From: Epiperipatus broadwayi
Lineage: Eukaryota; Animalia; Onychophora
Direction of reading: 5' to 3'
Assembly (NCBI GenBank): GCA_028023455.1
Contig: JAQFVV010000010.1
Coordinates: forward strand, 5,518,001 to 5,582,000
DNA length: 64,000 bases
Each line of letters starts with the position of its first letter. Position 1 is the first letter of the stretch. Of the stretch, positions 51,601 to 63,556 are shown piece by piece. The notes beneath the pieces are model-generated. The model had not been told where the DNA came from and ran no database searches. It saw only the letters and a list, made by a program, of their open reading frames with translations. A program made the position numbers and the translations under genes.

Positions 51601-52769
51601 TTATATACCAAATATAAAAATTTATAGCTCAAAATCAAGAGTTTTTTAAAAGAATATTCACTTAAAAAACACATCAGAAATAAATGTTTGTTATTTCACA
51701 TATTTCTTATGGAGTTATTAGACTATACATCAGATTGCTAAGTTAAATTATACCAATAATTGTTTGGGAATATTAAGATAGCTAAAGTAACACTTTCCAA
51801 TGATAATATAGCTGGAAGTATTTTCAAAATGACTAGAAATATAAAACAGTGTATTTATAGAATAAAGCTAGGTAATTAAAGAATTCAATAATATTGATAA
51901 CATAACAATTTCATTGAAATATATATATGTGATAAAAAAAAATTTTTTTTCTGCTTCAATGACAGTGATCACAGTTAGCTCGAAACTTTTTAAAATTATG
52001 AAAAACTATGCCATAATAAAAATGATTTGAATTTTAAATATTGTTTAATGGAACATAAATAAATGCATCCCTTTCTTCACACAAATTTTTCTTTTAGAAA
52101 ATGTCATCTGAACTACATAGTATGACAAAATAATTAAAATTATAAATTATGTAAGGCTGAAAGCATTGAATTCAAGATTATTCTCTTTATTTAATGTTGT
52201 AAATTAGAAGCACATCATAGAGAATTGCAATATAATCATTATCAAGAAAATAAGTATTACAAAAAAAAAAAATTTAGACTATGAAATGCAATTGTGTTTC
52301 CATAAGATAGAAAGCAATTTTGTGCTAACTATTTAGGAATGCAAATTAGACAAAACTTCTCTGATGTATTTGGAACTTAGATTGATAAAATTAAAAAAAA
52401 AAAAAAGAAACTTATAAAAGCAAAGCAGTGTTCCTACAGATTGTTATGAATTAAATGACCAACATTAATAAAAACAAGTAATAATACTTATACTATTAAT
52501 TTGGTGGAATAATTTGAATATTATCTATCAAATGAAATATCTCTGTAAAAGAAATTTCTGAATATAAAATTCATTTCTTTCATCTAAGGATAATTCAAGT
52601 TTATCTGTAACTTAAGAATAAATTTTTAGTTAGCTGCTGATAAAGAATTTTTTTTTAATTTTTTTTTCAATATAAAATTTTCTAAGTTACATTAAAAAAC
52701 AAGTGTATTTAAATAGACTAATTATAATTAAGCTGTTTCAACAACCAATGGTTTGAAAACACTATTAAA

Positions 52770-53260
52770 ATAAATTAGAAATTCATAAATTTCAGATCCA
52801 TTATTTGCTTGTAAAGCAGCAACCATTTGTGTTGCACTAACTACATGGCTGCTGGGAATGTCAAAATTAAAATATTTAAAACAGCTTCAAAGTATAAAGT
52901 TAATAGAGAGAGAGATTCTTCAAATCTGTCATGATGTACATTCTTTATATGATAATATAAAAATAAATAACTTGGTTTCGGAAGAAAAAAAAGCTGATTG
53001 GATATCAACAAATCATGAAATAGTAAAAAAAACAAAAAAAAATTCATAATAGGCTCATTTATGCACCTGAAACTGTTATTTACATCCACAACATGATGTA
53101 CATTCTTTATATGATAATATAAAAATAAATAACTTGGTTTCGGAAGAAAAAAAAGCTGATTGGATATCAACAAATCATGAAATAGTAAAAAAAAACAAAA
53201 AACAATTCATAATAGGCTCATTTATGCACCTGAAACTGTTATTTACATCCACAACATGTG
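52770..53260 (+). mobile_element. Penelope-like RT relic containing a 162-bp tandem duplication (52930-53258)
   Basis: IHK-FRSII, LTTWLL, CHDVHSLYDNI (PLE DVxSLYxNI motif). The duplicated unit starts at 52930 and 53092. Confidence 0.55.
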
Positions 53261-54936
53261 ATAAATATTCAATGAAAACTGAAAACATATTAAATTTATA
53301 GATAGAAAATATGAGCAAAAAGAATAAGCAGATAATAACATATTGCATCAGAAAGCAGTATTGATATGAAACCTTATTTCATGAAATCTACAAATTCAGA
53401 AATTAGTATGAACACAAATGAAGCACTTAAAGAGCTTTTTCAGGCTTAATAGAATTTTTGAAACCATTAATTTATATTTTAGTTATTTTAAACTAAATTT
53501 CATAGTACAAATGCTGTCACTGTGATCTTAAAAATGTTTCAAGAAGCAAGTATATTTGAAATTTATAAATTTAACATTGTGTAGCCATTATATTTTTTAT
53601 ATTTCATAATTGAATTTCATCACAATAATAAAATGGATAATACATTTTATTTTTTTGAGAATAACTGAATGTACACATTCACATATATACAATTAGAATT
53701 CAAAACAGTATACACATAAGTAAATGAGCTCTCTATCTACATTTGTTATTCCACTATCATTACCTGTAAGTGCTATGATCTATTTCTTATTTTTTATCGG
53801 TAGATATTTTGTTTATAATTTGTAAATTAAATTGTATCATAAGGACTTATATACATATTAAAAATGCAATTATATATATTGTAAGAGTATGTAAAACTAC
53901 TCACATACATGTATATACATTATCTTTTTACATTCAAATACATATATATATAGATATATAACTTAAAGATTAAATTATAAAAACGTTAATAACAAAAGTC
54001 AATTTAAATAAATAGTTGTTTTAAATCAAACTATTTTAATTTTACAATCATTCATATATATATAATGATTTTTTAAGTTGACTAAAACCATTAATCAAGA
54101 CGTAAACATGAAGATAATCTTAGGTCAAGTCGCATCTTAGCAACTAAACACAAAAGAAATAAAAATTAGAATTCAATCATATATTAATTATAATAATTTC
54201 AATAATAATCAAATAGTATATTTAACACTTGCTACCGGTAGTCAATTCTACTATAAAGCTAGATCAAATAATTTCAAAATTTAATTCTATCTTTTGCCAA
54301 TGAACTATCCACTACGCATAGTCATTTTGCTGTGTTCGAATTCCGAACATATTAAAGATGGTTCAATAGTTTGAACAAATTTTCTTAATGATAAAATTTT
54401 ATTAGAAAAAAACTCTAATCTCATTCAATAAAGAGAGTAAATAAATTACTTTTTAGTATCATTAATTGTAATTTCAAAACTAAATTATATATATATTTTC
54501 TGATAAATTAGAGAAACTCATAATAAGATCGTTCTAAACTGGAATTCTAAAGCAGATAAGTTTCATCAAAAAACATATATATTTAAACTAAATTATTTTA
54601 ATAAGATAATAAGTATAAAAAAATGTGTCATGAGTAAAGACCACTTGCCATAGGATAAAATGCCATAGTTTTAACTGAAAATAACGTAATTACTTATTCC
54701 TACTGAAATACCTAAGCTATATGAATACTTCATCTATATAATTTAAAATGAAACTTCAATCGATAATGAAATAATTTGTGGAAGATGTCAACATCACGCA
54801 AGAGGAAGAATTCTGAACAACGGACTATTTTGGCTGCCTCATCGATGGTTGATGACCGAAGAATATTGAACTTTATCCTTAATGAACATTATTAATCTCA
54901 TGGAAAGGAATAAGACAATACCATCAAACTTTAATA

Positions 54937-56132
54937 CACCTGGATCTCTTTTTACGCGGACTTATTTAACATGATTTTGAAGTTACGCGATTCGTGTTTC
55001 ACCGGAAGTCGACCTCCGATAATGCGCTATTACTTTAAATAATAAATTTTGCGCACTTATGTTATATTGAAAGTAATAGCACATTATTGGAATTCTACTT
55101 TCATCTTAGTAATTTCAATATTTCCTGTGCTTTATAATAGTAAGATTTTATGCAATAATGAAATTAAAATCATGATTTCCACATTTTATTGTATACCACA
55201 TTAAATTTTACAAGATTATAATGTAAATTTGTTCAAACATTGTGCGTGTTAATTTTGCATTTTAAATCACATTCTGTTTTTGCTTTTTAAAAAAGAACGT
55301 AATCAATTATTAATCATTTAGTGTCCACAAGTTTATTTTTAAAAGGTCAGTAATAGCAGTGGGCACCATTAAAAATTAAAATCTGATTTTTAGTTGTAAT
55401 TAACAATTTAAAAATAACTTACGGGTGACTTGAAATTAATGTGATGTAAAACGAAATTTGATTTTTAAACGGAATTGAAAATTAAAGACAAAAATAAGAA
55501 TTTAATTTTTAGTTGTTAGTTTTAATTAAATTTTTCCCAGCAGTGGTGAATAAATGTCTTTTTATTATCATAAATCTAAGTTCATAAACAATTAATAAAA
55601 TCATCGTCGTCATCAACAGAAAACCATTAACATAACATGAGAGTGAACTTGGCGCTAGTTGTATTTCCTCTTGTGAAAATAATTGCTGAGATATTCTTGA
55701 CTTCGTTTAAGGAGAAGCCAAATACATCACATCACATGAGAATCTGATTTTTTACTAGTTCACAAACGAACGTTTTTGGGCAAATAGCGATAATAATTAA
55801 AACGTGTATAAAAAAATATAAATTACTGTACTGTAAATTATACATAAAAATTTATTTTGAATAAAATTAAATATTATAGTTAAAAAAAGTTTGTCTTGTA
55901 TCAATTTTTTTCAAATTTGAAATTTTTTATTAGTCATATTTTATTTCCTTATATTTTTTTTTTGCGCGAATTTTAAAGTAATTTTACATTGGTGCTTTGT
56001 TTTTATGCGAATTTTGAACAATCACAGACCGCATCCCCCCTTTTTCAGTGTATGTTACGTCTATTTTTGCGCGATTTCGTTTGCGCGTGTTTTCTGAGGA
56101 ATCTATCTATCACGTAAAACGAGACCCAGGTG
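54937..56132. mobile_element. Non-autonomous Tc1/mariner-pogo (Tigger-like) element, about 1.2 kb
   Basis: 22-bp TIRs CACCTGGATCTCTTTTTACGCG / CACCTGGGTCTCGTTTTACGTG, flanked by TA at 54935-54936 and 56133-56134. Confidence 0.85.
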
Positions 56133-59083
56133 TATATCATATTATTTTTATGTGTTATCAGCTTCAGACATCTAATTTTATTTCCTTTGCTTCTAAAATC
56201 CATTTACGTTGAAGTAGCCCATTTAATAAAGTTATTAGATGAAGAGAAATGGAAAGGTCATCGAGTTAAATATTTTTTTTATTTAATAAAATTTAGATCT
56301 TTCGTGTGAAACGACTTGAATTAGGTAAAGATAACTTAATCTGAAGGTAAAATTTTATTGTTCTTCATAGTAAATTTATTCACAACACGACAGAATTTTT
56401 GTTTATTACTAATTTAGTTAATATAGTAATATTTGTTTATTATTCTTTGTGTAAATGATTAACATCTTTGGATGAAAGGTCTTTTATTTCATAATAATGA
56501 TTACACATAGAAGGGGGGGGGGCCTTAAAATTGGAATTCCCTCATAAAGATTGGATAATATAAGATCATCATTAATACATATATTAATTAAAATAAATTT
56601 AGCTAGTTAGTATTATTACAATTTTTTTTTCTTCTGAAATTATAAAATTTCATTTATTGTTTTATAACTTATTAAAATTTGTTCATGTTGTGATATATAT
56701 CTACTATGGGGATATGGAAAGGTATAATTTAATTTGATATTATAAAATAGTAGAAATGTATGTAAAGCACTCATAATATTTTTTTTTGTTATTTGAAATA
56801 AATTTAAATTGTTATCTGTTAATAAATATGTTAAAGTTTATTTTAAATTCAAGGTCTCTGATTTATTTAAATTATTTATTCATTTTCTGAACCAAAATAA
56901 GATTGAATATACATACCCATACAAATATATCATATTAATTTAATATCCTGGTAACTTGGTTGAAATTAATTTTAAAAATCTACTGAAATTATATGAAGCA
57001 TTATTACTACTGTAGGATATTGATGGAACCCCCTGATGAGAGTTAAATATAAACACTACCCCAAGTTCGAATACTAAGCATAACAGAACAATCAACAAAG
57101 GTGAAAATTGGATCAAATAGTTTAAATTGCATTTATATTAAATCTTGGATTAAAGTCAAATCGTATCATTCATGGCATCCTATATGAAGACCCTAAATCC
57201 GATTATAGTTAGATGTGACCACCTTGATTCATTTAAGGAAATCCAGACCGTTACAATATATATCTTATGCTACTATCCAAAATTTTTAATATCCCTGTAA
57301 AGACTTGGAATCAAATGAGACAGTCATACTGTAATAAATGCAGCTCATATTTCTACGCTAATAGTGAGAAATATTTTGGGTTTTCTAGTAATAATGTAAA
57401 TTATGATAAAATAATTTATTATAAAGCACAATATTATATTTAAATGTCAACAAGACATTGATAATCACTTTACCAAAGTTCAAATCCTCAATTAATAATT
57501 ATTGAGTCATAATTATTTTCTAAATATGTACAATGCTCATTACCATCAGATATCATGTATTGAGCAACTATGATTAAAATTATTTAAGTTGACAATATTA
57601 ACAATCTTTGTTACTGCATACTACTTTATTAAATTAAGTAAAAAATATGCATTATTGTGTTACCATTTACCATAGTTCACACTAGTTCAGTAATCTTTGT
57701 ATCACAATAACAAAGAATATTCAGAATAGTTCAATAACAATATTTTAAAAATTGTTAAAAATCTTATACAAAAGATGAGAGCTAATTTATATTTATTATT
57801 AAAATTGTCATCATGTTTCATTTTGGCTAAAGATCTTAGTTTTAGTTTGAAGTACAGTTACAGTGTAGATAAAAAATGTTGAAGATTCTGACACATTAAG
57901 TGCAAGATATATGTTTAAATATTGATATAAAATAAGCAACAAATTAAACATGCTGTTTTCAACAATTTAGACTAGTTTAAAAATGATTATAATAGATATG
58001 TTTATAATATTATAATTTTGAAAGTGAGACCAAAAATATTTCAAGTGATAAATAATTAAGTAACATTTTAATGCCCTTTAAAATATAAATTAATAATTGT
58101 TCTTTTAACATGCAAACTATGTATATATTAAAGTGAATATTTCATATGGTCAGTGAAGGAGGTGGGTAATTTAATGTTTGCACATTAAATTAAAGTTAGC
58201 AAGATAGTAAAGCTAACTGCTTTTTACAGAATCAATAAGGTTAACCCTTTTCTTTTGAAAATATAAAGTTTGGGAATTAACAAGAGCAATACAAAAAATT
58301 TTAGAATAAAAAATAATGTAGAAATTAAAACTAAAATCAAAGAAGTTTTGAAATAAATTGTATATATTGTTCTTAGATTACCAGTTTCAAGAGATAATTG
58401 TTATAGTTTTCTTTAATAATATTAAGATTCCTTTGGGTGGAAATTTAGTATAGTCTGGCTAAATAGTCATCTTATTTTTCTTGACTGTTTCAAAAAATAG
58501 CTTTGAGCTACTTCACTGTAAATACAAACCTTAAGTGAAACAGAGAAAGCCTTTTGACTTGATTTTTTTGTAACACTGCTAATTTTAGGCTTCATTTAGG
58601 CAAAAAGCCAACTTTATTAAGAATGGACTTGGAAAGCAGTTAATCAATACTGATCATGATGGAGGAAAAAGCAAATCTTTCAAAACTTGCATAAATCCAA
58701 ACTTTGTGTTAAATTTAGCTATATTACCTATACCTGCAACAGAAGCTATGGAAAATCAAGAATCCGACATAATATACATAAAAGAAATAAATAAATTAAA
58801 ACTATGAATTACCATGGAAACTACAGAATTATAATAAAAACTTCCAGACTTCATTAATATTAGGTAATTGATTAAAGGACATTTTGAATTTATAGACTTC
58901 ATGAACTTTGCATAAAGTTCAAAATGAACTTTCCTTTTATGTTGTATTGTTTAGACCCAGTTCCACTTAAAATAAAACTAGTTTGACATTACAAACTTTT
59001 CATCTACATACTAAAATAGATATGTAAAAGAAAAATAAATAAATAAAGTCTTTCAAGGGATCAATTATAAACAAAAGTAATTA

Positions 59084-59327
59084 ATAAACAGGCAAAAACT
59101 CTTTATATAGTAGTGCCACCTTGTGCTAACCAGAGTAATCAATGGATGCCAGAAGGCTTGTGCATAAAATCCCTATCTAGTGCCTACTCATCCAATATCC
59201 CCAGACTAGTAAAAAAAATCCCTATCTAGTGCCTACTCATCCAATATCCCCAGACTAGTATATGGAGTGTTTTTGCCTGTTTACTAAGAGTTATGTGCTA
59301 GCATGAGATGGTGATCATGTGATGTTT
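59084..59327. mobile_element. HHR-repeat family copy 4: inverted, truncated at the stem III palindrome, with a 45-bp internal duplication
   Basis: AAAATCCCTATCTAG...CAGACTAGT at 59166-59210 and 59215-59259. Inverted aaacaggcaaaaac / gtttttgcctgttt. Candidate TSD AAAAGTAA(T/C)TA at 59073-59083 and 59328-59338. Confidence 0.85.
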
Positions 59328-59600
59328 AAAAGTAACTAGGTGAAAACTATTTTTTTCTTTTTCTAAAAGTTGCGAGCTATTTATTTCTTTCATTCTTATT
59401 CATACCAGCATGAGACACATTTTTAAAAAAAATGAATATTTTAAAAAAAAATTTAATTTATAACATAGATAAAGATACTATTATGTGTAATCTTGAATAG
59501 CAATGGTATAAAAAGGTTGTGAGAAATTCTAGTTTATTTTTAATTTCTGAAATCAGGTCTTTTAATCACCTCAATCAACAAAACTGTTTAACAGCATACC

Positions 59601-59772
59601 AGAAAGTTATGTTGAATAAAAGAACAGAGCTGACTTATAAATTATTAACACAGATAACAGGGAAAACTCCGCAATAGGTAAAAAATTCTAGAAAGTTATG
59701 CTGAATAAAAGAACAGAGCTGACTTATGAATTATTAACACAGATAACATGGAAAACTCTGCAATAGGTAAAA
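59601..59772. repeat. Tandem duplication, period 89 bp
   Basis: agaaagttatg.tgaataaaagaacagagctgac begins at 59601 and again at 59690. Confidence 0.92.
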
Positions 59773-61344
59773 ATCTCATTATGCTAGAGTGAAAAACTTT
59801 ATTAGTACAATAGTTGACTAAACCTGGAACTATATAGTTTCCTAAAGATGTCAATTTTAAATGAATAGTTCCTGCATAAACCAACCACCCATAAAACAGA
59901 ACAAACAGTACCTGTTGCCTTTCAAATAATTTTTGTCAGTCTATTCATGATCAATGCATAATCCAGTAATATCGTCATTCTATACAGAGAAAAACCCAGG
60001 AAAAATTTATCAAATGAAGCCATAAACCTTCCCAACAAAAACTGGTTTACAAATCAATTTTTAAAACAGGTTCAAACCTATTTTTGTTAGATTAAAGAGT
60101 AAAATCATAAGTCTGACTGTGGTAAAAAAATTTTTTCATTAAAAATAAAAGGCCTTTAGAAAAGAAAAATAATATTTATAGTAAATATTAAAATTAATAT
60201 TAATTTTCTATGAATAATTTTAACATTTATTCTTTTTAAATATGTACTTAAATTTTTCTTCTTCTTAATGTACTTTTTCATGAACCCTAAAGCAAATAGA
60301 ATTTATAAGTAATTTATTTAATTATTTAGTATTCATTACAGCTTGTACATATCTATCATTGATTGATTTATATTTCACCAATCTATTTGTATTATTAAAT
60401 AATAATAATTATACGATTGTTTTTTATGGAATGTAAACATATCGGAACACCGAAGTTGAATTTACTCTAATTAAATAAATTTTCTTTGATATGACTAAAC
60501 ACTCTCCTAAATATATATGCATTTTTTTTTTTAGGCATTGGTTCCATCCTTAAGTATTATATAAGGAATGTAAATATTGGAAATAAATTTTGTTTTATTA
60601 CATTCATACAATTTTAAAGTCTAGCTGTCTATTTATCTCTCTCATTCAAAATTTAGTTAAATATAACTATTACACACATTCGGTGATGCATTGCAATGTT
60701 TTTCTTTTGCGTTAATAATGGGTTAAATGGAGGGGCTAACATCTAAAAAGCTAGTGAGGGATTTGTATTCAACCTGTACCTGTTTCTCATTTTAGAAATG
60801 GCACAACTAATCTGCAACATTGCAGTTATTTTAAATAAAATAAATAACTATTGTGAGAAGAGATAATCCTTCTCTGTACTTGGACATATTTGATAGAAAT
60901 GATAGGAAATATGACCGAATACTCTATTTTCCCATCATTAATTAGAATACTCGGTCCAAAGATAGTCAGTATGATTATTCCTAACACCCATTAACCCCAG
61001 AGTTTAAATTCTCATAAAGAATTGCATAAATCTAAAAGGGGATTACTATATATACGATAAAAGACGTAATTCAATGTTGTTTAAAATTTGTATAATACAA
61101 TTGTATTAAATTAATGATTATTTATTTATATACTAAAATTAATAATTCAGTTTATTTAATAAAACATTTTCTTGTTGGTAATAAGTTTTAAAATGAGCGT
61201 GCAAATTCAACATGTAACAACTTCCCGCCATTCTTTTAGAGTTAAATGTTTGATAATAAAAAGCTGAATAGCCTGTAGTAATCATAGTTTCAAGTTAAAT
61301 CAAATCACTAATTTTCTTTTTATAATTATTTAATGACATTCAAT

Positions 61345-61420
61345 ATAAACCAATAAACATCACATGACCACCATCTCTTATGCTTGTGTATAACTGTTGT
61401 TAAAACAGGCGTGTGGCAAT
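61345..61420 (-). mobile_element. HHR-repeat family copy 5: 3'-end fragment
   Basis: 61351-61410 is 59/60 identical to the reverse complement of 63563-63622, followed by a short inverted gtgtggcaat piece. Confidence 0.85.
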
Positions 61421-61841
61421 ATATATTGAACCTGATTGAAATCCGGTTCAATGGTGTTGTTATTAAACAAAAAAAAGAAATTTATTAAGCTTTTAATTTT
61501 AATTAAACGTTTAGGGTTTAAATTTTCATTATTATTTAAAAAGAATGCGTGTATCAAAACACAAGTGTTTATATGTAAAACGGATTTTTTTTAAAAAATG
61601 TTTTTAGATTTATTTTAAAATAGTTTTCATATACCGCCTGTTTTTAAATCCATTTGATTAACAAAAAAACAAGCAACCTAGCTAATTACATTCTTGTGGA
61701 TTTTATTTTAAAGAGTGGAGATTTGATTTTTATGTAGTTGTTTTCATTTCAATAATCCCTGGGTAGAATTCTTAGATAGATTGAGCGGGAGATTAATATT
61801 TGCCCTGCCTAAGGCGTAGAAATTGGACAACAAGTAAAGTG

Positions 61842-61896
61842 TTTCGCGGGAAATGGAGCAACGTATAAATAGCCCCGAAAATTTGGAGAGTCAGTT
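61842..61896 (+). promoter_or_regulatory. E2F site + TATA box + Initiator core promoter of an unidentified plus-strand transcript
   Basis: TTTCGCGGGAAA 61842-61853, TATAAATAG from 61864 and TCAGTT 61891-61896 (A+1 is 29 nt after the TATA T). Locally CpG-rich. Further E2F-like sites near 61222 and 62931. Confidence 0.55.
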
Positions 61897-63556
61897 AATT
61901 CATTATTCGTAAATAGACAAGCTGTTTCTAAAGTAAAAGTTTATATCAGCGCGGACATTTAAATTCTTAAAGGGCAAGAGCTGTTATTAAATACTTCTGC
62001 TTGCCACAAGATGAAAAATTCTATACGTGTTGTCACCACCCGAATGGCTTGCTAATTCAAGAAAAGACGGATCCCTGACTTCCAAGTTTGCTCCAGTAAT
62101 GCCTTAAACACCTAAAAGAAGCCGGAACCTCGTTACATCTACCTTGCCGTGGTCTAAAGACCTGAAAATGAACTTAAGTAAAACTGCGCACTCTACGTGA
62201 ACATTGCTTTTACCGAAAAGTAACTATTTTCTTTTTATTCTTCCCAGGGTAAATTAATTCTCATTAAATCTCCGCTCAATCTAATCATAAATATGTATTC
62301 CTAAACAATATAGCCTCATATTTAATATTTGCTGTGTTTTCTAAGATAACTATAAGATTCCAAGTTGCTTTCAATTTTTGTTTATTGGAGAGTGACGAGT
62401 GAGTTTCCTATTTTTATGTAAGATTTTTATAAATGCTTTAGCGGTCGTGCGTTTTAAATGCTTACCTGTAATTATTTAGTATTCAATAATTAATTTGTAA
62501 ACACTGTGTTCGCACTTTCGCAAACCTCCAAAAATCTTTTGGCTGGCGACTTTATCGTCTAATTTGCCGCAGGTGGAGATTTCGTTTCTAATATCTCTAA
62601 AAGCGGAAATTAGAATTGTGTTTTTCTTTGTAAGTTTATAAGTCGTCAGCAGGAAGATAAAATTTATCCTTTCTTAAATTACAGGTGAGCAATACTTTCG
62701 TTCTGCTCGAGTATTTAAACTTTTGATATTTTCGTATTCATGTGCACTCTCCGATAGATTTCTTTTTGTATTTATTATGTGTGCTTTAAATTTGTCAGAG
62801 CGTGTACTCAGAATTTGTTTGTAAGTTTATTTTCTTTAAACGCTGGGCAGACGTAACTGTTTTTCTAATCATTTACTTGTCTCTTATTGAGACCATTAAT
62901 TATTAATTTTAAAGTAATTTTCGCCAATCGTTTGGCGGGGATTCACCAGGTTTAATTGTTTCTTCGTTTCAATGATATTTTTCGATTGTTCTTGAGATGG
63001 ATCAATCACCGTTATTTTAAATGTAGTAATTGGTGCAGTTCATACCGATATAAGGACATTCGAGATCTGACCATGCTTAGATCTCGGAAAGCTCATCGGC
63101 ACTGGGTTCTTTGATCTATTTCAGGGGTATATGGTTTAAATATCATAAAGTGGAAACCAGTGTTTAAGTGAATCCTCTGCTGAATGAAATTTGCTTCCTC
63201 CCTTTTAAATTTGTTTATTAGAAAATCAGTCAGTCCGTCATAGCTTTGCCTTTAGTCTGTCTGGTACACGCCTGAGTTAACCCCCATCTATTGTGTCATA
63301 AACTTATATTTAATAATTTATTTTCTCATAATAAAAATTTATGAAATATGTTTAAACTTAATTTGGCTGACATTTGTCTCTGTGCTTTTGTCTCAATTGT
63401 CTAAACAATTTAAGATCTCTTGTTTCTCCCTGAGTCTAGTCGGCGCAAACCATCATCATCATCTATTCTGATCACAGTAAACAAATTTTCCAGACACGTA
63501 GTGGTCTGGTGGCGCCCTCTGTTTCAGATAGATTGAGTATCCGGTATAATATAGTA

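Noticed and set aside
55002-55020. ETS motif CCGGAAGT and a near match to Rab1 IGVDF codons
   Set aside because: Both lie inside the Tigger-like element. The IGVDF match needs a frameshift and has no flanking Rab1 sequence.
57033-57039. Isolated CTGATGA motifs (also 21913-21919 and 44036-44042)
   Set aside because: No paired stem II followed by GAAA and NUH.
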